A DNA stretch of 44,415 nucleotides. Origin: a virus. The notes under the pieces were generated by a model. The model saw nothing but the letters and a program-made list of their open reading frames with translations. It did not search any database and had not been told where the DNA came from. This document shows positions 1 through 8,871 of this stretch, piece after piece. The stretch lies in IMG/VR virus record IMGVR_UViG_3300037420_000784, positions 1-44,415 of that record; one strand, given 5' to 3'. How positions within the stretch are numbered: position 1 is the stretch's first letter; every line of letters starts with the position of its first letter. The translations under genes were made by a program, and so were the position numbers.

Positions 1-127
1 GCCATCGGTTCGCTCGCAAGCTCAGTCATGGCAAAAGTCCCGGTTGTGCCGGCGGCCCCGGCGGAATAGGCGGCACGCGCCCGTTTTTCACGTCCTCGAT
101 CGCTGCCTTGATGTCCTCCCTCCGCTG
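1..127. repeat. Terminal direct repeat copy 1 (identical to 44289..44415); circular-assembly overlap
   Basis: Direct comparison shows that nt 1..127 match nt 44289..44415 exactly. This implies a 44,288-bp circular unit. Confidence 0.95.
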
Positions 128-424
128 CTTGCGGTCGAAGGTCTTCACGGTCGGGGTAATTTCCTGGTCGCCCAGTTCAAGATAGCGCTCACCCTGGGGG
201 TTGCCGCTGGGCAGATACGTGGCGCGCAGCCCGCGGAGACTGTCGTACATCTTGCCGTCCGCACCCCGGCACGGCTCGATATAGTCGGAGAGGATGCGCG
301 GGGCTGATATCTGCCGATGCGCATCCTCTCCGCACTCGCACGCCTGCACAGCCTCGAAATCGGCAAGCTTCACATGCCGTTCGAACCGGTGCCCTTCGGC
401 GCAAAGGAAATCGTAGAGGGGCAT
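26..424 (-). CDS. FmdB-like zinc-ribbon small protein in head module
   Basis: 132 aa. The N-terminus MPLYDFLCAEGHRFE...CEC resembles the FmdB zinc-ribbon. The start overlaps the upstream stop (TAATG). Its stop overlaps (ATGA) the scaffold start at 27..29, equivalent to 44315..44317 across the junction. Confidence 0.6.
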   Translation of the reverse strand: MPLYDFLCAEGHRFERHVKLADFEAVQACECGEDAHRQISAPRILSDYIEPCRGADGKMYDSLRGLRATYLPSGNPQGERYLELGDQEITPTVKTFDRKQRREDIKAAIEDVKNGRVPPIPPGPPAQPGLLP

Positions 425-603
425 TACCGCTCCACGCTCTCCCAGCCCTTGATCCAGACCTTGTGCCTGGCGTCGGACTGATCGTACGGCGCATCCTCTT
501 TGGAGATGCTGCCGGCGGCGGCCGTGCGGCCCTGTTCGAAGACAATGCGGTCCTCGGGGTCCTTGGGCGGATTGGCCGCCTTTGCGTGGTTCTTGTCGGT
601 CAT
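424..603 (-). CDS. hypothetical protein (59 aa)
   Basis: ATG at 603 has AGGAGAG 5 nt upstream. The ORF track extends to GTG 606. It is coupled to the downstream gene. Confidence 0.5.
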   Translation of the reverse strand: MTDKNHAKAANPPKDPEDRIVFEQGRTAAAGSISKEDAPYDQSDARHKVWIKGWESVER

Positions 604-634
604 CACTTCTCTCCTGAGCCCCCGCTCATTCGGT

Positions 635-889
635 TCACGCCTTCAGCGCGGCGATAATTGCGTTGACCTTGGTGGTGAGCGACGCGAGCTGGTTGGCCAG
701 GGTGGCCTCAGTATAGCTCGCCGGCACATCCACGATGGTGTCCGAGGGCGTGCCGCCGCTGCTGTCGGTCAGGGCGACCAGAGCCGCGATCTGGGTCTTG
801 GCGGCAACCGCGCCGCTGATCTGCGATGCGACTTCCTTGGCGAGGGGTGGAACCATGCTCAGTTCCGAAAGGCGTCGTGCGTCGGGCAT
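635..889 (-). CDS. hypothetical head-module protein (84 aa, Ala/Thr-rich)
   Basis: ATG at 889 is preceded by AAGGAG at about 7 nt. It lies between portal and scaffold. Confidence 0.55.
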   Translation of the reverse strand: MPDARRLSELSMVPPLAKEVASQISGAVAAKTQIAALVALTDSSGGTPSDTIVDVPASYTEATLANQLASLTTKVNAIIAALKA

Positions 890-908
890 TGGTCTTCTCC
901 TTCAAATA

Positions 909-1298
909 TCAGGTGAAATCGCCCACCGCGGTGACGGATACGCTCGCCCCCGTGGTGATCTTCCAGGCGCCGGATATGCTGTTGGCGCCGATTGGAACGG
1001 TGAAGGGCCTGAGATCGGCCACCGAGGTTGCGCCACCCGGGAAGGTGTAGATGGGCGTCGCGTTGTCGAGGATGATCACCGTGCCCGGCGAGGTGCTGGC
1101 AGGTTGGATCTCGATATGGCTGAGATAATCCCCGGTCGCGCCAGTAGCCCCCAAGACCTGCGCAGTCTGGCTCGCCGCGACGGTCTCATATTCTAGGCTC
1201 GCGCTCTTCGACGTGACCGGATCGGTTGGCGACCCCGCTCGGAACGCTGAACCATCCTTGCCAACCGGCGTGACTGGTGCTCCACCAACGGCCATCAT
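909..1298 (-). CDS. hypothetical head-module protein (129 aa)
   Basis: ATGA overlap with the portal stop, with an AAGGAG RBS. Composition is Gly/Thr/Ser-rich. Confidence 0.55.
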   Translation of the reverse strand: MMAVGGAPVTPVGKDGSAFRAGSPTDPVTSKSASLEYETVAASQTAQVLGATGATGDYLSHIEIQPASTSPGTVIILDNATPIYTFPGGATSVADLRPFTVPIGANSISGAWKITTGASVSVTAVGDFT

Positions 1299-3736
1299 TC
1301 TTCTCCTTCATTCATGGCTTGGCGTTCGGCGAGGGACATCTGCCGATCGCTGGATTCTTCGGTGAACTCCTGCTGGCGATCCGCGCGTTGCTCGCCATGG
1401 TCTGCGCGCTGGTGTTCGCGCTCGCGGAACTGCTGGTCAGCTGCAGCGCCCTCAACCGCCAATTGCTGGTCGACCTGCTGCGCCTGTGCCTGATTGGCTG
1501 CCGTGTATTCGGAAAGCTGCTGCTTACGCTCGTCCAGGCCGATGGACGCAAGTATCTTGGCAGTGTCGGCGGTGAGCTTGTTGATCTGCGCCTGCTGAAG
1601 CTCGTTCTTCTGGCCCATCTCGGCCAGCTTGACCTGTAGCTTTTCGGTTTCCTGCTGCGCGCGCTGCTGGTCAGCCATGGCCTTTTGCTGAAGCTCGGCC
1701 ATTTTACGCTCATTATCGGCCTGCGCGAGAGCGGCCTTGCTCTTCACGCCTTCCATAGCCGCTTTTGCCTTCATCTTCTCGGCATCGGCCAAGCCCTGCT
1801 GAGCCTTGATCAGCTCTTCGTTCTCTCCGCCGCCCTGCGCGGCCTGCGCCTTGGCAGCCATCTCGGGCGCGGCATCAATGAACTTGTCGATCGCGCCACT
1901 CAGCTGGCGGCCGGCGCGATAGGGCGCGAGCACGAACTTCAGCATCTCTCCGGCCAGAGCCGCACCTTGCTCACCCATCGCCATCAGCCCGGTCAGGCCC
2001 TGGCTGGCATTGGTGAACTCGGTGAGGAACTCGTTGCGAGACTGCTTCTCCTGCATCTCATCGGTGAGGATCGTGCTGTCCGTCTCGATCTCGAACGTGA
2101 AGTTGCGGGCCTTGCTGTCCCGGAGCAGCTTCATCACATCCTCGATCGGCACCTGTTGCTCTGCCTCGTGAAGCATGGGTGCGTACTTCTGGACGATCTG
2201 CTGCTGGGCCTGCTGGAGCATCTGCTGGGCTTGAGCCGGATCTGGCTGCTCTGTGCCCTGCTGGCCCTGCATCTGCTGCTGCGCGGCCTCCCTCGCCTTC
2301 TGGCCGAGCGCTTCAAGCTCCTGCTTCGCCGCAGCCTCGATGCCTTTGATGCGCTTCTCGATGTCAGCCTTGGTGTGGACCTCCATCTGGGACATCTCCA
2401 GCAAGGTCTCTTTGCTGAAGTTCTCCGAGATGATCTCCGCGGCGATCTTGACGGCTTCAGCCGCGACCCGCTGAAGCTCATCGATCTTGCACCGCACGCG
2501 CACCGAGCCGTACTGGGTTTTCAATTGCTGGGCGCCGAGCGTCTCTTCAGCTTCGGTCGCACCGCGCATGATGTCGCTGATGCCCGACAACTGGTAGAAG
2601 TCGTCGATCAGCTGAGCCCGGGCCGCAATGAGCCCCTGGATCGCCTCCGCGATCTCCTTGAGCGGAATCCACGACACGATATTGGCCGCGCCACCTGTTG
2701 CCATCATCGCGGCGCCAGGCACTGGGATCAGGATCTGGTCATCATCGCTGCGGATCAGCTCTTCCACCGCATCGCCGATATCGCCGCCGGCCGCGATCAG
2801 GCCCTTAAGACGCACCTTGTCGAGCAACAGATGGATGCGGGCGGTCAGTTCGCCGATCTTGTTGAAATGGACGGCATAGCGGCGATAATCCGGCACTGGG
2901 ACCAGACTGCGACGGCGCAGGGTGCCGAATGCGGGACGCGGGCACGGGAAGAAACCCGAGAGCTTCAGGTGGGGCTCGTCGCTGTCCAACAGAACGTCGA
3001 CACCCTCGGTGACCCAATAGACCTTGTTGTCGGCGCGGTGCCAGACTTCCCAGACCTTGGCCTTCTTGGTGGTCTGCCTCTCCTCAACGCCGTCCTGAGA
3101 ACGTCGAAGCATGAACTTGGCGTTCTGGTACGCATCCCCGCTTGTCTTCCGAAAGCGTTTGCGCATCTCACTTTTGGTCATCCAAGCAGCGCCAGCGACC
3201 CAGCCTACCTCTGACCATTTGCGGGCCGGCTCATGGAGAAAGTCGGTGCGGTCCTTGTGCTCCGAACACACCCGTTGGCCGTCGCTGTCCTTCTCGTAGG
3301 TGATCCACATCACCCCGCGGCCGTCGAACAACAGGTCGTCGCGCACTGCGGTCATCACATCGTCGATGCCGGTGACCTTGAACGTGCTGATTGCCACACG
3401 CTCGAGCATCTCGGCGGTGATGTTGTAGAGCTGGCGATTGTCCTGGAAGAGCGGTGCTACCGCCGGGATAGGCGGTTTGGCGTAGACTGCCGGCTTCAGG
3501 ATTTCATAGCTGGACCAGAACAGGTCGAACTCGCGGTCTGACCAGCCAGGACCGTCTGAATCGATAGACGGCGACACGTAATAGCCGATGCCTAGGCTGT
3601 AGACCTCATCGATGGTCTTGCACGTGGCAAGCCAGTCGTTGAACTCACGCTCAGCCCGCTTGAGGGCAGCAAGCACGCCGGCCGATGACTTGGGCTCAGG
3701 TCCGCTGAACGCGTCCTCGATATCTTCCTCGTTCAT
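1295..3736 (-). CDS. portal protein with long C-terminal Gln/Ala-rich helical extension
   Basis: 813 aa, immediately downstream of terL with an ATGA overlap. Size and position are typical of a portal. The C-terminal ~230 aa are a heptad-like Q/A/E/K-rich helix, reminiscent of a P22-type portal barrel. Confidence 0.85.
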   Translation of the reverse strand: MNEEDIEDAFSGPEPKSSAGVLAALKRAEREFNDWLATCKTIDEVYSLGIGYYVSPSIDSDGPGWSDREFDLFWSSYEILKPAVYAKPPIPAVAPLFQDNRQLYNITAEMLERVAISTFKVTGIDDVMTAVRDDLLFDGRGVMWITYEKDSDGQRVCSEHKDRTDFLHEPARKWSEVGWVAGAAWMTKSEMRKRFRKTSGDAYQNAKFMLRRSQDGVEERQTTKKAKVWEVWHRADNKVYWVTEGVDVLLDSDEPHLKLSGFFPCPRPAFGTLRRRSLVPVPDYRRYAVHFNKIGELTARIHLLLDKVRLKGLIAAGGDIGDAVEELIRSDDDQILIPVPGAAMMATGGAANIVSWIPLKEIAEAIQGLIAARAQLIDDFYQLSGISDIMRGATEAEETLGAQQLKTQYGSVRVRCKIDELQRVAAEAVKIAAEIISENFSKETLLEMSQMEVHTKADIEKRIKGIEAAAKQELEALGQKAREAAQQQMQGQQGTEQPDPAQAQQMLQQAQQQIVQKYAPMLHEAEQQVPIEDVMKLLRDSKARNFTFEIETDSTILTDEMQEKQSRNEFLTEFTNASQGLTGLMAMGEQGAALAGEMLKFVLAPYRAGRQLSGAIDKFIDAAPEMAAKAQAAQGGGENEELIKAQQGLADAEKMKAKAAMEGVKSKAALAQADNERKMAELQQKAMADQQRAQQETEKLQVKLAEMGQKNELQQAQINKLTADTAKILASIGLDERKQQLSEYTAANQAQAQQVDQQLAVEGAAADQQFREREHQRADHGEQRADRQQEFTEESSDRQMSLAERQAMNEGEE

Positions 3737-5307
3737 GCGCGCCTCCGCGTCGGCAGAGGCGGCGCAATAACGCCATCGGACACGACATGCGGATGATGAC
3801 GGGCCTTGCTTGTCTCGTCCTTGGGTTTAGAACCCATCTCCATGCGGTCCATCAGCTGGCCGATCAGGCCAAGCGCATCGACCTGATCGTCATGTACGCC
3901 AACGGGGAAGCTCATCATCTCGCTGATCAGGTCGGACAGCCATGGTGCGTCCTCGGATACGTAGAGCCCTTGGAGCGCCATGCGCCCACGGATGGACTGC
4001 GCACGCACGGCTTTGTCCCCGCGCGTCGGGAACTGCTCGCGAGCGACGTAGGCCTTCTGTTCGATCTGGCGCTTGATCAGGAACGGGCCAACGCCCGACT
4101 TGATCTGGCCGGTCTCCTCCGCCCAGCCGATCGGCCCCCACTTGCGAACCAGCGCGCAGAAGGCATCAACCCACACGTCGGAGCTGGCCTGCTGGCGCCA
4201 CAGGTCGAGCAGATACATGCGGCCCTCGGGATCGATGCCGATGACACCATGGACGGTGTAGTCGCCACCGTCCGCGGTCACGGCATAGTCCGAGCCGCCA
4301 TAGATGCTCATCGAGCGTCTGGGCGGTATCTGTGCAGCGGGGACAGTGTGGATCCACTCGCGCTTGAAATAGTCTCCGGTGTCTGGCGCGGGCTGCTGCT
4401 GATAAAGCGCGGACCACGTGCGCGGTAGGCGTTCGAACGTCGCCCAATGATCGCGGCCGAACCACTCTGGCCAGATGTAATCGCCTATGGCGCGGCCAAG
4501 CGGATCATCGAGGCGATTGCACTTGGCGGGAATGCAGATGACTTCCCACGTCTCGCCATCGCGGCACTCGATCAGTCCGCTCTCCCCTGCCCAGCCCTCT
4601 GGCAGGATGGAGCCGGCGAGGTCTGCCTCATGCCAACGGGTCTGCGTGATCATCACCGAGCCGCCAGGCTTAAGGCGAGTCAGCACGTCATCCTGATATG
4701 CCTCCAGCGTGCTCTTGCGGGTAACCTCGGAATCAGCTTCCTTGCGTCCCTTGATCGGGTCATCGATCGGAATGAAATCGGCACGGTTGCCGGTGATACC
4801 AGACAGGATGCCGCCGCCCATGTATTCCGAGCCGTTCTCAAGCGCCCACTCATCCGCAGCGCTACTCTCGGAGCTAAGCGAGGTGTCGAACAGCAGGTTG
4901 AACTTACGCTGCTTGGTGATCGACCGCATGCGACGCCCGAACTTGCGGGCAAGGTCAGAGCCGTAGCTGACGCCGATGACCTTGAAGCCTGGAATGCGGC
5001 CCATGGCGTGCGTGGGGGCCACAACGGTAGCGTAGGTGCTCTTGGCGCTACCCGGGGGCAGGAACAGCATCGTGCGGCCGCGATGCTTGTTGATGCACCG
5101 TTCTGTGGCGCGAAGAATGATCTCGTGATGCTGAGCTAGGACCGTCTCGACCGGGGCGAAGTCCTCGCAATCGTCATCCTCGTCAGTGACTGGCGCGCCG
5201 GGCACGTCAATGTACCGAGCATACTCGACCATGCTGTTGCGCGCCGCGCGGCGCCGAAGGATCTCAGACGCTGCATGCTGGGGGGAGATAGCTAGGGCCG
5301 CGGTCAT
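3733..5307 (-). CDS. terL: terminase large subunit
   Basis: 524 aa. Walker A-like LFLPPGSAKST, Walker B-like ADFIPIDDP, and the C-terminal nuclease motif FPVGVHDDQVDAL. ATGA-coupled to terS and portal. Confidence 0.9.
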   Translation of the reverse strand: MTAALAISPQHAASEILRRRAARNSMVEYARYIDVPGAPVTDEDDDCEDFAPVETVLAQHHEIILRATERCINKHRGRTMLFLPPGSAKSTYATVVAPTHAMGRIPGFKVIGVSYGSDLARKFGRRMRSITKQRKFNLLFDTSLSSESSAADEWALENGSEYMGGGILSGITGNRADFIPIDDPIKGRKEADSEVTRKSTLEAYQDDVLTRLKPGGSVMITQTRWHEADLAGSILPEGWAGESGLIECRDGETWEVICIPAKCNRLDDPLGRAIGDYIWPEWFGRDHWATFERLPRTWSALYQQQPAPDTGDYFKREWIHTVPAAQIPPRRSMSIYGGSDYAVTADGGDYTVHGVIGIDPEGRMYLLDLWRQQASSDVWVDAFCALVRKWGPIGWAEETGQIKSGVGPFLIKRQIEQKAYVAREQFPTRGDKAVRAQSIRGRMALQGLYVSEDAPWLSDLISEMMSFPVGVHDDQVDALGLIGQLMDRMEMGSKPKDETSKARHHPHVVSDGVIAPPLPTRRRA

Positions 5308-5756
5308 GCGCCTGCCGCAATCTTGGCAAGCTCATCATCGGTCAGGTCATCGGCTGCCCGCTTCACGCGAACGTCCAATTCCTGCTTATCTGTCCATGCG
5401 TCGCGGCGGCGGTTCTTCAACCAGAAAATCGCGGCAGTGGTGTCAGGCGCCACCTTCGCACGAAACGGAGCGTAGACCGGATGCTCAGCCCCCGCCGGCA
5501 TGAAGATTTTGACCTCTTCCTGCTCGTAACCGATGGCGCGCTGGTACAAGCTGCGCTCGACGCGCTCGTCAGCGATTTCCTTGCCGGTCTTTATGGCCTG
5601 ACAAAAATCATCATGGACGTGCTTCCACCGATAGATGGTCCGCACATCTACCTCGAAGAAATCCGCCATCTCTTGATCGGTGGCGCCGAACAGGGCCAGC
5701 TTTTCGGCCTGGCGCGCGTATTCGGGATTATATTCGGATGGGCGCCCTGCGCTCAC
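5304..5756 (-). CDS. terS: terminase small subunit (HTH type)
   Basis: 150 aa with a GTG start. The N-terminus GRPSEYNPEYARQAEKLALFGATDQEMADFFEVDVRTIYRWK is typical of small-terminase HTH proteins. It lies directly upstream of terL. Confidence 0.75.
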   Translation of the reverse strand: MSAGRPSEYNPEYARQAEKLALFGATDQEMADFFEVDVRTIYRWKHVHDDFCQAIKTGKEIADERVERSLYQRAIGYEQEEVKIFMPAGAEHPVYAPFRAKVAPDTTAAIFWLKNRRRDAWTDKQELDVRVKRAADDLTDDELAKIAAGA

Positions 5757-5890
5757 ACTGCACCAAGCAGCAGGTACACCGCGATGAGCACAACGGCCAC
5801 AGCGGTCAGGTCCACGCGGGATGCGACACCGAGGAGTGCGAGGACGCCGCAGATCAGCGCAGCGATCAGGAGGACTAGCGCGATTGTCAT
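5753..5890 (-). CDS. small membrane protein (45 aa, two hydrophobic segments)
   Basis: Hand translation gives MTIALVLLIAALICGVLALLGVASRVDLTAVAVVLIAVYLLLGAV. Its stop overlaps the terS GTG (GTGA). It falls below the 60-aa ORF-track cutoff. Confidence 0.45.
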   Translation of the reverse strand: MTIALVLLIAALICGVLALLGVASRVDLTAVAVVLIAVYLLLGAV

Positions 5891-5944
5891 AGCGCCGTAT
5901 CAGCTACAGCATTCGTAACGCCGTGTGACCAATGCATTAAATGC

Positions 5945-6130
5945 TTAGACTTGGCCCATGCGCTGGAGATCCCGGATGATGCGGCGAGCATCGTTGTAGC
6001 TATGCAGGTTGCAGCGCCGCGCCAGTTCCGCCCATGAGACACGGCCACGATCAGCTACCGTATCAGCATATGCCTGGAGCACCTGTTGTCGGCGGTGCGT
6101 CATGGTGAGCTTGGGACGCCCGCGGTTCAT
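5945..6130 (-). CDS. small HTH-like DNA-binding protein (61 aa)
   Basis: The internal ATG at 6130 has AAGGAGAG 5 nt upstream and an ATGA overlap with the upstream gene. The longer 124-aa track ORF is Arg/His-rich upstream of this start. It is the last gene before the terminase operon. Confidence 0.55.
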   Translation of the reverse strand: MNRGRPKLTMTHRRQQVLQAYADTVADRGRVSWAELARRCNLHSYNDARRIIRDLQRMGQV

Positions 6131-6327
6131 GTGTTCTCTCCTTGGGTGGTGTTGGTATTGCTGGGTTTTTCTGGCGAAGAAGGCGCCGCATAAGCCCTGA
6201 CCAACGCGGCGATGGCGATACAAATTGCCAGTGTGTTGGCATTGACCTGCGCACCCATCCAATCGAGCATCGCCAAAACTGCGAGCAGGACAGCTATGTG
6301 CCCAAGTGCTTTGAGCCATGGAATCAC
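6127..6327 (-). CDS. small membrane protein (66 aa)
   Basis: GTG start with a GGAGAAGG RBS. The core is hydrophobic (ALGHIAVLLAVLAMLDW...LAICIAIAALV). Confidence 0.5.
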   Translation of the reverse strand: MIPWLKALGHIAVLLAVLAMLDWMGAQVNANTLAICIAIAALVRAYAAPSSPEKPSNTNTTQGENT

Positions 6328-6382
6328 GCTGCCTTCTCCCCGCCTTTGAGTGGGTTGGATTGGGTTGATGTTGCTGGATTTT

Positions 6383-6940
6383 TCACGCTGCCAGCCCGAA
6401 CTTCTTGCGGATTAGTTCCATCTCGGCTTGCTGTGCGGCGGTCATCGGCTCTTCCGCTTCCGGTGCGCGGTATTCCGCATCATGCTTGGCGATGAGGTGC
6501 TTGATGCGAGCGAGACGGAAAGCCCGAAGCGACATTTCCGTGCTGCGCTCGCGCAGATCCTTGACCGTCGGGAAGAACTGGCAGGTCCGGATTGCGTCGC
6601 GGCATGCATTGGCCAGCACGTCGGGCGGAATGTCGGCCAGCCCGTCGCGGTACAAGCGATGGCGGGTTGTAGCTTCCTCGTCCGTGCTCTTGCCGCCAGG
6701 AAACGCGACGGCCAGCATGGTGATCGACTTGCCGATGTAGTCCGGTGTCGCCGGGGTGAGCGCAGCCTCGTATTGCGGGACCAGCTCAGCCAACGCGGCT
6801 CGCTCTGCCGGCGCGATCACCCGCTGGTAGTGCGGGTGCGTCTCGTCGACCAGCTTAGCCAGTTCCGAACTCTGCGAGGCCAACGCGGAACATGGCGTTC
6901 TGCGGCTCATTTCGGTGGTCGTTTGCAGGTCGTTTGCCAT
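6383..6940 (-). CDS. hypothetical protein; positional analogue of lambda P (replication partner)
   Basis: 185 aa, immediately downstream of the O-like gene and overlapping it by 86 nt. The function is inferred from position only. Confidence 0.45.
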   Translation of the reverse strand: MANDLQTTTEMSRRTPCSALASQSSELAKLVDETHPHYQRVIAPAERAALAELVPQYEAALTPATPDYIGKSITMLAVAFPGGKSTDEEATTRHRLYRDGLADIPPDVLANACRDAIRTCQFFPTVKDLRERSTEMSLRAFRLARIKHLIAKHDAEYRAPEAEEPMTAAQQAEMELIRKKFGLAA

Positions 6941-7457
6941 TGAATCCGCCCTTTCCGTCTCGTCGGTCTTGCTCGATCACCCAGTTCGCCCAGGTGGCTT
7001 GCCAATCGCGCTTTCGGGCGTTGGGGCCGTTTGCCGAACGCCAATGGTTTTCGAAGCTTTCGAGTGCGCAGCGTGCCCAGTCCTGCCCCCGAAGCTCGAC
7101 GATCTGGCCCGAGACGGTCGAGCGATCGAGCTTACCGGGCTTCCAACCAGCGGGAAGCCGAGCGCCTTGCGCGCGTACCCCCCGCTCGGGGTTAGGATTA
7201 ATTTCTTTAGGGGGTCTGGGGGACGTTTCTTTATCAAGGGAGGGGGGTGCGTCTGTGACATCATGTGACGTCACGCTATCTCCCGTTATGTCACGTGACG
7301 TCACGTTACGACGAGAGGCCTGACGGTCGCGATCAGCGCGGCGACGGCTCTCAATCGCCTCCTTGTCCAAGCGTGACTGAGCGACCAGCATGGCGACCTC
7401 TTCTATAAGGTCAGCCGGCGTGCCTGCGGCGATCAGACGGGCAATGAGACCACTCAC
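6855..7457 (-). CDS. replication initiator-like protein (lambda O analogue)
   Basis: 200 aa with a GTGA overlap with rusA. The C-terminal motif LPAGWKP...FENHWRSANGPNARKRDWQATWANWV is common in alphaproteobacterial prophage replication proteins. The gene contains an iteron cluster. Confidence 0.55.
   Translation of the reverse strand: MSGLIARLIAAGTPADLIEEVAMLVAQSRLDKEAIESRRRADRDRQASRRNVTSRDITGDSVTSHDVTDAPPSLDKETSPRPPKEINPNPERGVRAQGARLPAGWKPGKLDRSTVSGQIVELRGQDWARCALESFENHWRSANGPNARKRDWQATWANWVIEQDRRDGKGGFNGKRPANDHRNEPQNAMFRVGLAEFGTG
7254..7310. repeat. putative origin iterons (GTGACGTCAC x2 plus half-sites) inside the O-like gene
   Basis: Perfect 10-bp palindromes lie at 7265..7274 and 7295..7304, 30 bp apart. 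Half-sites GTGACAT (7255..7261) and ATGTCAC (7288..7294) flank them. An A+T-rich patch lies at 7195..7210. Confidence 0.55.
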
Positions 7458-7855
7458 AGGGCGATCACCCGCACATGAAGTCCCGGGGTACCGCCATAGA
7501 CCTTGAGAACACGCATCGATGCGACCTGGCTGTCATCGGCCCAGCAGACGCCGTTCAGGCCGTCGCCAAGGGCTTTGACGATGTTGTCGGCATCGGGGCG
7601 GCTGGTATGCCAATGGGCCGCGTTCTGGCGCTTCTTCGACCAGCTTGGCGGGATAGCGAAGATCGCCGTGGCCTCGATGGCTACAGGGCCGTCATAGGGC
7701 GGCGCGCTGTCCATGGCCTGTTGCCCTGCCTGCGCGATCAGACCCTCATAGGCTACCGTCTTGGCCGGGGTGTAGGCGCGCGCGAAGCCGCCACGCGTGG
7801 AGATGCGGGGGCGGCCCTTTGCTATGGGCTGTCCAGGCACGACGAAGCTGATCAC
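7454..7855 (-). CDS. rusA: RusA-family Holliday junction resolvase
   Basis: Motifs GQPIAKGRPR, RPDADNIVKALGDGLNG and WADDSQV. The likely GTG start at 7855 has GGAGG 7 nt upstream. The track ORF extends to 7921. Confidence 0.85.
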   Translation of the reverse strand: MISFVVPGQPIAKGRPRISTRGGFARAYTPAKTVAYEGLIAQAGQQAMDSAPPYDGPVAIEATAIFAIPPSWSKKRQNAAHWHTSRPDADNIVKALGDGLNGVCWADDSQVASMRVLKVYGGTPGLHVRVIAL

Positions 7856-7868
7856 CCGCGCGCCTCCA

Positions 7869-8387
7869 TCAATAGGCGTCCATTTGTTGGCGCTCGTGCT
7901 TGAGGCGCATGTTGAGGGCATTGTTCGCTACCTGTCGGCGAGCGTGTTCGGCCGTACCTGGAATATCGGCCTCGATGATGCGGCGCGCTTCTGCTGCGCC
8001 CACCTTCTTGCGAAGGATCTGATATTCGGCGCGGCGCTCTTCCGGGCACCATTGCAGGAAGCGGAATCGCATGACGGCGGCAGTTCCCGCGGCGCGGCGC
8101 TCTTGCACCTCAGGCGACGCGAGATAGATCGATCGAAGCCGATCCCCGCCGGCCCGGCGCATGGCCTGCCACTCGGGATCGTCCTTGCGCTCTTCCTCGA
8201 GGCGATAGCGGGAGGCGCTGATCTTGGCCCGGTGCTCCGGTGATTTTACGGTGTCGCGCAAGCGATCCAGTCGCTTCGCGTTGATCTCAGGATCACTGAT
8301 CAGCCGAGCCAGGCAACACGATCGGCACCGCCCACCCTTCGACCATCTGCTGACAGGAGCAGGGCAATCGAGACAGATGCGTGTCAT
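7869..8387 (-). CDS. zinc-finger protein, unknown function (172 aa)
   Basis: N-terminal CLDC...CRSCC cysteine cluster. ATGA-coupled upstream. Confidence 0.55.
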   Translation of the reverse strand: MTRICLDCPAPVSRWSKGGRCRSCCLARLISDPEINAKRLDRLRDTVKSPEHRAKISASRYRLEEERKDDPEWQAMRRAGGDRLRSIYLASPEVQERRAAGTAAVMRFRFLQWCPEERRAEYQILRKKVGAAEARRIIEADIPGTAEHARRQVANNALNMRLKHERQQMDAY

Positions 8388-8542
8388 GCTCCAGCCCTCC
8401 GAGTCTTCCAGCCTTTGCGGGCTGCGTCACGGCGAGCGGCGTAGAGTTGGATATTGGGCTGCGCGCGGGTCTGCGCGACAATCTCGGCGAGGCGGCGGCG
8501 CGCCTTGCGCTCGCGAAACTTCCGCAAGATTTTGGTTAGCAT
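8384..8542 (-). CDS. small basic protein (52 aa)
   Basis: The ATG at 8542 lies just past the upstream stop at 8536..8538. Sequence begins MLTKILRKFRERKARRRLAEIV. Confidence 0.4.
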   Translation of the reverse strand: MLTKILRKFRERKARRRLAEIVAQTRAQPNIQLYAARRDAARKGWKTRRAGA

Positions 8543-8871
8543 GCCTGCGCTCCCAGATCGGCGCGGATGCGGGCCCAAACATAGTGGCCGCGATCCTTCT
8601 TCACGCCGTGGATGCGCTCCCATCCTGCGATGGTGCCGCCCTCAGCCATATGCTCGGCGAGAGACACCTTCTCCGGAGCGAGACGCGCCTCCGCTTCAGG
8701 GCCCTTCGATGACGCTTGCGTCCATTTGGGCCGGTACACACCGGCGCGGCGCAGCATACCGCGCACGGCCGGCGGGTTGACGCTGAACTGGAATGCGATC
8801 TCGGGGACAGGGACGCCGCGCTGGTACATGGCGCAGACGCGTTCGCGGTCGGATGCGATAGGACGGCTCAT
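8536..8871 (-). CDS. HTH DNA-binding protein (111 aa)
   Basis: ATG at 8871 with a GAGGG RBS. The segment RERVCAMYQRGVPVPEIAFQFSVNPPAVRGMLRRAG is a resolvase/sigma-r4-like HTH. Confidence 0.55.
   Translation of the reverse strand: MSRPIASDRERVCAMYQRGVPVPEIAFQFSVNPPAVRGMLRRAGVYRPKWTQASSKGPEAEARLAPEKVSLAEHMAEGGTIAGWERIHGVKKDRGHYVWARIRADLGAQAC

Noticed and set aside
1-127. Terminal repeat as a genuine phage direct terminal repeat or cos region
   Set aside because: The repeat bisects coding sequence at arbitrary positions and its length equals a common assembler k-mer. It cannot be proven from sequence alone, so it is kept only as an assembly-overlap interpretation.
1685-3214. 509-aa plus-strand ORF antisense to the portal gene
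   Set aside because: Leu/Arg/His/Gly-rich composition typical of the antisense frame of a G+C-rich gene. No RBS. Fully shadowed by a well-supported portal CDS.
5945-6319. 124-aa version of the small HTH gene, and the 154-aa version of 8536..9000
   Set aside because: The upstream extensions are Arg/His/Cys-rich and overlap better-supported coupled ORFs. Internal ATGs have good Shine-Dalgarno sequences.
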